Part shown: positions 52,975 through 63,671 of the stretch, in pieces
Layout of the letters: every line of letters starts with the position of its first letter
How positions within the stretch are numbered: position 1 is the first letter of the stretch
NCBI GenBank assembly: GCA_000708835.1
Contig: DF237015.1
Span: 185,502 to 249,501 of the forward strand
Length of the DNA stretch: 64,000 nt
From: Klebsormidium nitens
Lineage: Eukaryota > Plantae > Klebsormidiophyceae
Direction of reading: 5' to 3'
Translations under genes and position numbers: made by a program
Notes under the pieces: model-generated
Seen by the model: the letters and a program-made list of their open reading frames with translations, nothing else
Databases searched by the model: none
What the model was told of the DNA's origin: nothing

Positions 52975-54022
52975 GTGCGGTTGAGGAGCAGCGGAAGTCT
53001 TTGCGTTACAAAAACGATGTTGATCAGCCACGAAGGTCATCAAACACTGACCTTCCCAATCAAGCGCGGATTCCATCATGCGTACTCCCTTTCGGCGTGT
53101 TTGGATCCGCGAACCGTGTTGTTTGTTTCAGGTGGCATGTTGATGCGACGTACGTGAATGTCAGAGTCCATCTCTCTCATCGAGCTTCGAATGGTGGAAT
53201 GGTGCCGGCACGTGATACCTTAACGGGACAATGATTGAAATATCTCGAGAGGAGATGCAACATGTGTTATGCTTCTCGAGAAGATAGGCTCGTCCGTAAA
53301 GGCTTGCATGGTCAAGTACTTTGTCACTTAGTCGGTGGATGAGTAGAATGATTGGGTATACAAGCCCGTCACTGACTCTGCAGCAGAATCGACATATTCA
53401 TGCTGCATGCCGCAAGCTAGTGGCATCCTAGAGCTAGCTTTCTGGTTCTGCAATTTTTACAGAAGATATCAAGATCCAATCCAGAACTTTGTCAAGAGGC
53501 GGTTAACGGCCACTATGCATGAGTCCACCGTGCAGCGCGGAACGGTCCCCATGTCCAAGTAGCATGCAGACGCGGTTGGGGACTCCCGGATTGTCACGGC
53601 CTCTCAATACTATATATAGTTTTGCGACCCGCCAAATACGATCTCATGACTGTTGTATTCAAACATGGCACCGGTTTTTACTTGTCAATCATGCGGACAG
53701 GCTGGGGACTTCTAATTCAGTCAAGACATCATGAAAGAGCTTCAGTCCAGTGTTCTGGAGAATTTTACACAGAGGTGTTGAAAGAAGAGACTGTGTAATT
53801 GGTTTTGACACAACACAGAGACAACAAAGAGACGGTCTTCTGAGGAGCAAGCGGGTCAGCCATCCACTTTACGAGGTCAGAAAGCTCCCTTGCAGTAGCA
53901 AGCTTTGAGGAAGGGAACGAGGTCATCTTTCGTTTCTGAAGCTTCTTCGAATCTGAAGCAATGTGGCACGTGAAGCAGGAGCTACTACTACAGCTGTTTA
54001 GCCACTCCATCGATCCCCTCAC

Positions 54023-55130
54023 CTGCAATAGAACGCAAGCGAGCAGTTCGCGCACTTGCTGAAAGGCTTGCCAGCGGTTTCCAGGGGCTCAGCTTCGCAC
54101 AGACTCCAAGAGCAAACAACAGGCGTCTCGCTGCGACCAGTCACACGTGCTGCCAAAAGCTTTGAAGGAAGATTGCGAAGGTTGTCCCCCCAACGCATCT
54201 CCGCCTTCACAAGTCTGAGGAACTCGGCTCTTAGCTCCAATACTCTTCTCCTGTCGCATTGTGGATCACGAATTTGTCTATCCGTCTCGAGAAGCTTCTT
54301 TTCAAGTGCTGCATAGTGCCGTTTCGCGAGTTTGGGTCCAATCCGCGGATAGAGTTCCTTCAACAGTTGCGAGTTATGTGACAATTTTTCATTGATGTCC
54401 TCTCTACCTGACATTCTCGCTATTGCAGCGTGGATCCTGATCAAGCCCTGGTCAACGGCCCATTGCTGGCCTTCTTCGGAGATTGTCAATGCATATGTAA
54501 GAAGCAGGGTGCAATCAACGGCCCTCGTAACCAGTTCAACCGGCAGGGATGGCAGCCCCGCAATCTTGTCGGAGAGAAGGTGCTCAAGGGTTGGAAAAGA
54601 TCGTCAAGCTCTCTGACCATGAGGCGGAAAGTTCTCGACACCCTGGAGAAGTAGACAAAGCCATCAACCATTTGCAGTGCAAGGTGAAGACCCCGGATAT
54701 CAGCGGGATCGGTCTGCTGACCGTATTCTTCGAACAGAGCTAAAAAACCTCCATAAGCGTCCAGTAAAACTCTGGCCAGCTTGCGTGCTCTCCCCTCGTC
54801 TTGCACACAGAACCTTGCAACCACTTGGCTTTCAGACAGCGCCACAAGCACCGGAAGAGCGTGCATACCAAGTTTCAGATGCATGTGTTCTCCATCCACG
54901 GTAAGCTGGCTCCTGTTAGTGAGGTTGAGCACCTTTTGGAGAATGTCTTTCACAAACGCACCGCCCTTGTAGGCTAGAAGCTCTTGGAGCAGTCTCAAGT
55001 ACCTGTCTCTTGCACAGTGGCTTTCTGCGCCCTGGGCCCTTAGCTGCTTAAGCTCCGTGAGCGCATCATAAACTGTGACAGGGAACGAGGGCATGAGCTT
55101 CGAAGCAAACTCTTCGACTAGCTCCTCCAT
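54023..55130 (-). pseudogene. Interrupted MYND zinc-finger protein gene (frame switch near 54590; second half of the finger not found)
   Basis: ORF 55130-54486 changes frame at ...ELDDLF into PTLEHLLSDKIAGL...TISEEGQQWAVDQGL..., which ends CSWSLC-x14-CANC-x4-YC with an AG|gtgagg donor (first half of a MYND finger). No downstream CQxxxWxxHxxxC exon was found in 53000-54000. Confidence 0.6.
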
Positions 55131-55453
55131 ATTTTCAAGTCTACGTACCTACAATAATCGCCAACCTTCCAGACGTGCTGCGTGCTACACTTAATGAAGA
55201 TGTGAACCTTAGCGAAGAGTGCTGCTGCTTGACATTACCATCGAAGCAAATCCTAGGGGCAATGAGAGTCCTCTGCCTGCGCTTCCTGAAGCGGACCGTT
55301 TGTGCGCACGCACTGTAAGAGCCACTCTGCCTCAAAGAAAGTAGCAGCTCCGACTCCGGAAGCTCCGGAACAGCTTGACTTAGCGCTGTTGAGATTATCG
55401 ACCAATCGAACAGAAATATCCAAGATCAATGAACTTGAACAGCAAGGCAAATG

Positions 55454-56116
55454 AAGTTCGGCATTAAATTTGAGCCACTGAGAGTGCGACATGTCAGCCC
55501 CCCGGCCCAGAAAGGTTGCAGGTGGCTAGGTGAGGGGTCCATCCCGGTCGAAAGCTGTCCGGATTCACGGTATGGTTGACTGGGACCACCCGAGCACTCA
55601 CTTAGGAACAAAAGCGAATATTTTGCCTTTTGTTCCTAAGTGGGTAACATACATGTATACCGTACCGGTCTTTGATTTAGGCACATTGGACGCCCAATAT
55701 TTATTTATGAATCAAAAAACCTTTCGGCGAGGCCAAAGGAAAATTTCGGATATTTTAGGCGAGACATATTTTCCGTGGTAAAACATACCATTATCACCCA
55801 TTACCGCGCAAAAATGTTTTCCCACCTTTTCGGCGTCGATCTTCAAACTATTTCTAAAATTTTCGGCGGACCAAATAATTATTTATTTTTTGCCTAAATC
55901 AAAGACCGGTACGGTATTTACTAAAAGTCCCAAAAGAAAACAAACTGTACTGTTATCTATTATAATTCTCTTCTGAAAAGTCGCATATAATGTAAATGAG
56001 ATAATTTATGGTATGGCCTTACTACATACATATTCGCAACACGCCCCAAAGGGGAAAGTCTTGTACTGCTAATCTGTTATAATTTTCTTCTGAAAAGTCG
56101 ATTATAATATTTACTA
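55454..56116 (+). repeat. Copy 1 of an AT-rich dispersed repeat (copy 2 at 63260-63671, same orientation)
   Basis: aagttcggcattaaattt...ccccggcccagaaaggttgcaggtggctaggtgagggg...gggtaacatac and tttactaaaagtcccaaaagaaaac...gtcgattataatatttacta are shared with 63260-63671 at high identity. Contains a perfect 16-bp hairpin at 55599-55642. Confidence 0.9.
55660..55914. mobile_element. 255-bp Tc2/pogo-like MITE (CCGTA ends, TA TSD)
   Basis: Perfect 24-bp TIR CCGTACCGGTCTTTGATTTAGGCA...TGCCTAAATCAAAGACCGGTACGG with TA on both sides. The paralogous repeat at ~63461-63475 shows the empty site (catacata-tttactaaaagtc). Confidence 0.92.
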
Positions 56117-56216
56117 ATCCCCTTGGGTATGGCCTTACTACATACATAATTGCACTGAATGCCAAAGGAAGGAAAGTCGTACTGCCTATCCGTTATGATT
56201 ATTTTCCTCTGGACAG
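55930..56216 (+). repeat. Three diverged ~116-bp tandem units (ccaaa...gtactg...ttataatt..cttctgaaaagtcg...ggtatggccttactacatacata)
   Basis: Unit starts at 55930, 56046 and 56162. Confidence 0.8.
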
Positions 56217-56384
56217 AAGAAAAATACAACAGATAACAGTATAAGATTGTCGAAACCTCCTGGATCGTGCCAATATGTATGTAAGTAGTGTTGCCCTCGT
56301 GACTCGTCGGCTCAGTGGGGCATGCATATATTGTCTGGCATGAGCATTGTAAATTCCGGCGCAGCTGTCACGGCCTCGCAACCT

Positions 56385-56910
56385 CTTGTCTGTCCTGTCT
56401 ACCCGTCTGTAGGCTCCGTAGATTATAATATTCTAACATAATACCAGAGATGGTCTAGGTAAATGCCGGAGACTTGGACCGAACTCCCGTCTGTGCTGTT
56501 TTCCCGTCTGTATTCTCGGAAATTACAAAACGGTCGACATATTGGCTGAGTTGGTCGCAATAGGCCGGGAGACTTGGACGGAACTCCCGTCTGTCCTGTC
56601 TTCGTGTCTGTAGGCTCCGTAAATTGTAGCATTCTAACATATTGCGAGAAGATTGAGCTATAGGCCGGGGGAGTTGCACCTTTCTCCTGTCTGTCCTGTC
56701 CTCCTGTCTGTACGTTCGGTGGATTATATAACGTACGGAAATTTTGCTAAGATATGGGGCGACATAAGCCAAAGGAGCTGCGGTTTTCACCAACGTCCTG
56801 TCTGTCCTGTCCTCCTGTCTGTAGGCTCCGTGAATTACCACATTGCGACGTATTGCTCGAGAAGATTGAGCTATAGGCCCGGCGACCTGCACTTTTCTCC
56901 TGTATCATTC
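56385..56910 (+). repeat. Minisatellite of five or more ~100-110-bp units with core GTCTGTCCTGTC..C.TGTCTGTAGGCTCCGT
   Basis: Core recurs near 56389, 56488, 56589, 56689 and 56800. Spacers share gagaagattgagctataggcc and ggagacttggac.gaactccc. Confidence 0.85.
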
Positions 56911-58076
56911 TGTTGAAGTACTAGTAGTAATACTATATCGTTGACCATGAAAATGCCCAAGGGAAAGGGGGACGAAGCTTGTCTCCGCCACTTGAGCAGG
57001 TAGCTCGGTACTTGGGGCCGCTAGCTCGTGTCAGCAAGTTAGACCCTAGAGTAGCTGCCGAGCAGCTTCAGGAGAAAGCTGCTTTCAAGGACGCACCAAT
57101 TCGAGCTGTGAGACAGCTCAAAACCAGGGCCAGCTGCAATGGCGCACTACAACACTGTGCGGCAGCTTTGGGAGAGGCGCGCCAGTTGCTGGCAGCAGCC
57201 AACTATGGCGCAGCGTGAGAGGCGGCTGCCTCAGGCTGGATGGCCCAGCTGGCAGGTACAGGATCTGGCGCAGCGCAAAGAAATGCAGCTCGATTTTAGG
57301 AAGCTGCAAACTGGCATTGGCAAGCGCTGGCACACTGCGGCAAGCTTCGGCTGGTATCTAGTAGTAGAGGGTGCAGAGGGTGAGCTGGCGGTGGCAAGCG
57401 GTGGCACGAGGCGGCGCGCAATGGCGCCCTCAAGCCACCTTGCATGCTTGCCAAGTGGCTGAGAGCCACATCAGCTTGGAAGCTTCAAGAAGCAATTCTT
57501 AAAGTTGAAAGGGGCTTATGGTCAGTATAGAAGCATATTCAAGGGCAGCACATGCAAGGAGACTGGCGCGCTCTTGCAAGCAGCTGGTAAGTACCGGTCT
57601 CTCTCTTTTCCTCATGCGCACTGACCAGTCCCCTCTTTGACGCACCCTGCATGCTCTGCTGTTTTCGTTTAATAGAAGGATCACAGCACATCCACAAAAG
57701 TGCTGGTGTTTGCGAGTCATGTTGCAGCAGCTTGGCACTAGGGCACCCACCGTGTCCCCTCCCAGTTGTCATGCGGAGTTTCCCAGCGCGCTTGGCGCTA
57801 CATGTTCTGAGGCTCATGCGGATGGCAGCTCTTGCTTACAACCCAACATTCCTTACGATGCTTAAAAGTCAACCATCAAAAGGGTGTTCAGAAAGCATGG
57901 TTGCGCCACCGTCAGGCTAAGATTTGGAGGGTCTTCTGTTGGTGGTAGAAGAGAAAGATGCATGTCATTCGTGGCTTCTATCAGCATGGTGTGTTCGATT
58001 GTACATCAATAGCATATGCAGGCTTTTTTCGATTATACTCTTGCTGAAGCATTACTGTTCTTGTTTTTCTTCACAG

Positions 58077-59248
58077 GTGTGTATGGGTATTTTCCCTCAA
58101 CAATCTGTGCACCTGAAGGAAATCGCATATGCTTGGATTGGCTGGTGAGTATCGCTGACAAGTGCGCCGTGGGCAAGCTTCTGAGTCAATGCTCAATTGC
58201 AACAGTCCAGGTCTGCTGCTCTTAAGCATCTTTTGTACGTTTTATCAGCCTGCTCATTATTTCAGCGATCAAGCTTTCGTTTAAGAGTTTTCAGCGCTTC
58301 CTCGCCTCGTCAACTCCGCCCCACGTTTTTGCAGACAATGGAGGAGACTAGTCCACCTGGTAGCTGCAGTTCTGGGGATACTTCTGAAAGTGCTCAGATG
58401 CCGCTACAAGGCCTGCAGGTGAGATGGTGGATCAGAGGGGTCAGCTGGCCAGGGCCTTCACTCTGCTCTATCCACTTGCAAGTGTGCAGAGGTTGTTTTA
58501 TTGAGGACCTTTGCTTGATGTCAGGATATGCATCTTCTAGCACCACTGCACGCTTGTCGCTCACACTCCTCGGGCGTGTTAGCCGTTCTTTTGCCTGATA
58601 CAAGCACAGTTGCTGCTCACTTTTTTTGGAGAGCCATACGTCCACTTTTCATGACGTAAGCTCGGCTAGCTTAGTCAGCTCTCAAGACATCGCGTGTGCT
58701 TGCAGGTGCCGTACGTACGCACGAGCCCCAGTCACTTTGGCGCAAGTCTGAGTGAGAAGTCCAGTGATCAGACAGCGGCCACTGCTTCCAAAAAATGAAG
58801 TGATTTTGCTACATCTGATTCATTCCCTTGGGATCCATCTTTTTCCTTTTGGCTAGTCAACTCACGTGATTCCCGGTTGTCTCCTGTATGTTCTATTCTT
58901 TTATATCTATGTTTCGCTTTTCATCCCTATGTTCTGCTGTCCCTTGCAGAGGAGCGGAGCAAGCCCGAGCTGACCCGCATCCTTTCCGAAGGGCAGTACA
59001 AAGCCTTCGCCCCTCAAGCCGTCGCTCGGACCGTCCTCATAGGGATCAAGCGGGGCGACTTCCAGATCTCCGTCGGAATGGACGGCTGGCTGCTGAAGAA
59101 CCTGAACGCAGCGTCCCTCCCGCAGCCGTACCTGAGCCAACTAGTGGTGGAGAGTTTACTGGCCGGGCTGCTGCGGATTGTAGTGCAGTTCTACAAGGCG
59201 GACTGGCACCGGACGATACGGAAGTGGCACCAGCAGCAGAAGAAGTGA
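58077..59248 (+). pseudogene. TSC10: 3' fragment of 3-ketosphinganine (3-dehydrosphinganine) reductase TSC10/KDSR
   Basis: Intact last exon 58950-59248 (EERSKPELTRIL...VARTVLIGIKRGDFQISVGMDGWLL...PQP...LLAGLLRIVVQFYKADWHRTIRKW) resembles the TSC10/KDSR C-terminus. The upstream exon 58077-58144 starts GVYGY but has a decayed, frameshifted YxxxK region. No FPPDTDTPG exon or N-terminal exons were found. Confidence 0.7.
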
Positions 59249-61511
59249 GAGGACGGAGCCTGTGTCCTTTACGTGGTGTCAAAGTGTCTGTGACGATTTC
59301 TGAGCTTTCAAGAGTCGGTTCTACAAGGCGGCCTGTCACAGGACGTAAAGCCGAAGTGATGGAGCGCAAGCCTGTGCGCGTTGCTTGGTTGGAAATCACC
59401 TGCAACGGCTTTGAGCTTGACCATACAGCCAATGTGCTTCGAAAACGTGGGTTTCCAGTCGAGGATCGATACTGACAGAGAATGGGGACTCAGAAGGATT
59501 TGCATCCGCCCCGTTTTGTTGCGAGCATCGAACTCACAAGCCGTCCAATCTAATGTCGGACGGTTTTCATGAGTTGCACGTTTCTGCAGCCGAGGCTTGA
59601 CCAAAGCTCTGCTGCTTGCGTCAGCACAGAGCAAAGCTTCGGCATGGTGCAAAATGCTCACTGGTCGTTCCTTTGGGAGACGTGTACGGATCAGAGCGTG
59701 GTTCGACTTACAAAAATTCCCAAATTGTTGCGCCTCTTTCCGACTCCCCGTATCTGACACCAAGCGAAAACGAAAAGCAATAATCCTGGCTTCTGATATA
59801 TGTGAGGTGAACGGCTGTTTTGATCTGACATCTGGCGTTTTGGCAGCGTGATTATGGCAAGGCGTTTGCGTCGCTTTAAAAGGCAGCTGCCCGTGGACTA
59901 TATGTTGCTGGGTGATTCCTAGTATTGCACCCGCTGCAAGAGTCGAGCACGTCGACGACTGAAAACACAAAGAAGCGAAAAAAGAGCAGCCTCTGGGTTT
60001 GTCCTGTGATGTATAACGGTGACTTATTTGACTCAGTGGGTTGAGACACCCGACTTACCCCCGGTGAAGTGCCCGTTCTAGACCAGAAGGAGTGTCCGTT
60101 TGAAAAGTTGCTAGTGGCGCTTTCAGGATTTAGCTTTGACTCGAAATCGAGCAACAGAGCCTGCTTGGATTGTGGATCTAATACGATGTTCCTACTCCTA
60201 CTTTGCAGGCAAGGTTGAGGCCCGCATATCCTCAGTTCTGTAGGTTGGTGTTGTGAAGAACACGTGAGAGTGGATACTAGAACCGAACCGTGATGCTAGA
60301 CAATATGCAAGTGTTTCGAGGCTTGTGGCGAAGTATATATGAGGCTCGCAACAATACTCTGCTAAACTGCAGAAATTGCAATCCTGTGAGTCATACATCT
60401 TTATACCACTGATTCAAACATACCGAACAATGACGCCATGCCAGCATATTAATCATGGGCCATGTATGCATCCGTTGCTTACGAAATCTTGCTTCACAAG
60501 GACTGATTGTACAGACCTATATACCAAGAGCTCTTTGCCTCCATGCTTATTTCCCCAATCGTGATTCTGGCGGCATGTTCAGGCGATGTAGGTACGTACC
60601 AAGAGCTTCTTCAATGGCGCATTAGGTGCACGGTTTCAGAGTTCAGGTTTTAGGTCGCAGCTGTTCTAGAAAAGCTACCGAGGTGGTGTAAACTTAGGCT
60701 ATGTGCGGCAGAAACTCTGGAAGAGCGTATGATACAGAAAACACGCGGGCATGTCGCAAGATGCCATGTTGTGGCCACCCCTTCTAGCTTCTGATATACT
60801 AGAGTAGCCTGAAGTTCACAAGCTTGAAATGATCAGACTTACTCAGCGTTCCATTAAGAAGTGGGCAGGAGTATTCGCACATGGCAGACAGTTACCCGAC
60901 TTGAATACCAATACTGCGTTAATGCATATGCAATTAATTAATACAATTAATACATGCGCTGAAGCATTGTAGACTTCCAGATGTACATGCAGTGATAAGC
61001 TTCCACACAAAACCTAGGAATTGTTGCTTCTATAATACGACGTGCTAGTTCTTGGATGCATGTTAGGTTATAAGCAACGCCGCAGGTCCTTGGCTTGCTT
61101 AGATTGCTGGCTTTCCCTTGTATTGAAGGCATAAGCTGCACATCTTGGACATATTGCACAAGCAGCTTTAGCTTTGACGCTGATGAGGACACCGAAAATT
61201 TGTCCATGAGTTGGACACGTGGCAGGCTCAAAGAACGTCTTAATCGAATGCAAGTGATTGATGTATGGACCGGGAGTGCCTGCGCGCTTCACAAATGGAG
61301 GCCCGAAGATTTGGAATAAGATCATAGGCGTAATTGAGAAACCGCAGACCCAATGTCTGTTGAAAGATGCTATGTCACGGGTTTGGACCGGGAGTGTCTG
61401 CGCGCTTCATGGATGGAGGCGCGAAGATTAGAATCAGACCGTGAACGTGACTAAAAGAACAGCCATCCCAGTGTCGATTGAAACATTTTATGACGTGACA
61501 GGTGCAATGCT

Positions 61512-62873
61512 TCAAGCCCGCTTACGTTTTCTGACTTCGGAATCTACTTTGCTTGCCCCCGCCAGAGCTGCCTCTAGCAGCCTAACCTCCTCGCGCGCTT
61601 CTATCAAGCGCAGCTCCAGCTGCTCCTGTAATGTCGCGAGCCCATGAGATTGCACTGCCGGCATTTGCACCGTCATGCCCGCAGCTTGCACTGCCCACTC
61701 ATTCTCCTCCCCCGCTAGCTGCGCCAGCTGCCGCTCCTCCCGTTCCCTCTCTTCTGCGATCTTCTGGTTGACTGCCACCTTGTTGATGGCCACCATGGCA
61801 CTCTTAGCGTACCGCACACGAGTGGCCGCCAGCCTCTTCGCGATCTGGTCAGGCTGGTGCTTGTCACCCCTCAACAGCTCGGGCATCGTGCAATTCACGA
61901 GAAGCTCTAACCCTTTCTTGAAATCTTGGCCTGGCTTTATGCGGACTTTGTTGTCTGGATTTGCCTCGGGAATGGGGATTTCTAGGAATCGGAGATAGGG
62001 GGTAGTGAAGACAGTCCCTGTCATGTTCTCAATCTTGTCTGGGTCGCACAGCTCATCGGGAATGAAGGTTGCTGCTCTCAATCCCCCTTCCCCATCAACT
62101 GCGAGGTTCGTGGCGCTTGCCATGTGCCGGGCATCTTCTGCCTGCTGCAAAGGGGTCCCCCACAGGGCCCGCATGTTGGCTGCTACAAACCCGACGACCT
62201 CCTTGACGAGCTGTTTCTCTACAGCCCCATCCCCGTTGATCGACGCGAGCTTCGCCTCGCAACCACTTTTGCGGAGCCACTTGTTGATGTCAGGCACATG
62301 CTGCAAGAAGCAATTCTCCTGCTCCCCCGAATATCTGGCCGGGATTCTGATGGGCAGTTCGTGCACGACTGAGCGAAGGGGAACTAAATCACGGACATTT
62401 GTCGTGACTTTTGTAGGGCGCACGGCTTCCGAAGGCCCGGCACCCGTCCTGGTTGGGCTACTGTGATTGCTTGCCCCTCTCTCATTCCTAGAGGAGTATT
62501 CCTCTTCATCGAACTCAAAGGCTACAGCATTAGTGACAGACTCTGACTCAGCAATGTACGCACCATTCTCACTGCCTGTGAGTGATACCGCAAGGTGCAA
62601 CCAAAAATGGTGCATAGCCTGCAGTGTCGCTTCGTTGATGTATACAAGAACAGCGTCAACTTCTGTGGTCTTTTCGAGCACTTTCACGCCTGCAAACTTC
62701 CAGATATCTTCAGACAGGGGCGTGGAAGGAAACCTGTTTTCCGGTTGCGTAATGTTGCCGTTGTAGTAGCCATAGACTACAATCTTCTTGAAGAAATCTT
62801 CTACCTTTTCTGCAAATGTCAACTTTACGCTGAGCCCAGTCTTTTGCCCTTTCTCAAGGTCCTTGTAACCCAT
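61512..62873 (-). CDS. Intronless orphan ORF (453 aa from ATG 62873; 466 aa from upstream TTG) with C-terminal coiled coil and basic NLS-like end
   Basis: Longest ORF in the window, with protein-like composition. E/R/Q-rich helix KIAEEREREERQLAQL...LQEQLELRLIEAREEVRLLEAAL; ends RKRKRA*. Family not recognised. Confidence 0.7.
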   Translation of the reverse strand: MGYKDLEKGQKTGLSVKLTFAEKVEDFFKKIVVYGYYNGNITQPENRFPSTPLSEDIWKFAGVKVLEKTTEVDAVLVYINEATLQAMHHFWLHLAVSLTGSENGAYIAESESVTNAVAFEFDEEEYSSRNERGASNHSSPTRTGAGPSEAVRPTKVTTNVRDLVPLRSVVHELPIRIPARYSGEQENCFLQHVPDINKWLRKSGCEAKLASINGDGAVEKQLVKEVVGFVAANMRALWGTPLQQAEDARHMASATNLAVDGEGGLRAATFIPDELCDPDKIENMTGTVFTTPYLRFLEIPIPEANPDNKVRIKPGQDFKKGLELLVNCTMPELLRGDKHQPDQIAKRLAATRVRYAKSAMVAINKVAVNQKIAEEREREERQLAQLAGEENEWAVQAAGMTVQMPAVQSHGLATLQEQLELRLIEAREEVRLLEAALAGASKVDSEVRKRKRA

Positions 62874-63059
62874 TTGAAGAGCAGAGCCGCCTGTCCCTTC
62901 CCCTGCCCTCAAACTGCCCTGTGCTCATATACAGCTATGAATTTAATTGGCACTAGGAGCCAGCAAGCCATATACTGTAAGGCCGTTGTAACTTCATTTC
63001 CGGTTTCCTGTCCACCCACTCCGGGGGTGGGTCGGTCGGTCGGAAGAATTTGATGAATA

Positions 63060-63250
63060 CCGTACCGATATTTCTTTTCGCAGGGAAATACTTCTTGTTA
63101 CCTTGGTGCGAAATTATTGCTCGTCTGAAGATTTAAACATACGCACTACAATATTAACCTAAGCAGGAACTCTACCACAGTAACCTGGTTATTTTGTCTG
63201 GTTAGGGTTTGGTGCGAATATTTTGAATGTCCGAAAATATTCGCACGTGC
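63060..63250 (+). mobile_element. Left end of a second Tc2/pogo-like element (TA|CCGTACCGATATTTCTTTTCGC); partner end not in window
   Basis: End resembles the 55660 MITE TIR. Followed by a perfect 13-bp hairpin gtgcgaatatttt...aaaatattcgcac (63212-63246). Confidence 0.55.
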
Positions 63251-63259
63251 GAAAACAGC

Positions 63260-63671
63260 AAGTTCGGCATTAAATTTTGGCCAGTGGGAGGGCGCCACGG
63301 TAGCCCCCCGGCCCAGAAAGGTTGCAGGTGGCTAGGTGAGGGGTTCAACCCGGTCGAAAGCTCTTCGGATTCACGGTATGGTTGACTGGGACCACCCGAG
63401 CACTCACTTAAGGACAAATTTGCGAATATTCTGCCTTTTGTTCCTAAGTGGGTAACATACATACATATTTACTAAAAGTCCCAAAAGAAAACAAACTGTA
63501 CTGTTATCTGTTATAATTTTCTTCTGAAAAGTCGCATTTAATGTACATGAGATAATTTATGGTATGGCCTTACTACCTACATACATATTCGCAACACGCC
63601 CCAAAGGGGAAAGTCTTGTACTGCTAATCTGTTATAATTTTCTTCTGAAAAGTCGATTATAATATTTACTA
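63260..63671 (+). repeat. Copy 2 of the AT-rich dispersed repeat (lacks the 255-bp MITE)
   Basis: Collinear with 55454-55659 plus 55915-56116. Confidence 0.9.

Noticed and set aside
56385-56910. Periodic repeat superficially like a CRISPR array
   Set aside because: Spacers are homologous to each other, the repeats are degenerate, there are no cas genes and the context is eukaryotic. It is a minisatellite.
56979-57462. GCAGC/TGGC-rich short ORFs (79-107 aa)
   Set aside because: Low-complexity, with open frames in several phases and no domain; likely decayed repeat.
59308-59970. 220-aa minus-strand ORF and overlapping ORFs downstream of TSC10
   Set aside because: No motifs, atypical composition, non-ATG start; probably chance ORFs in 3' UTR or intergenic DNA.
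61165-61235. CTGATGA...GAAA hammerhead-like words (gctgatgaggacaccgaaaa)
   Set aside because: Stem II would be only 2 bp, and stem III does not place a UH triplet or the A15.1-U16.1 pair. Not a hammerhead.
63300-63355. Possible Pol III A/B boxes (tRNA-derived SINE) in the repeat module (GGTTCAACCC)
   Set aside because: Weak A box, wrong spacing, no cloverleaf, and the B-box-like word is disrupted in copy 1 (GGTCCATCCC).
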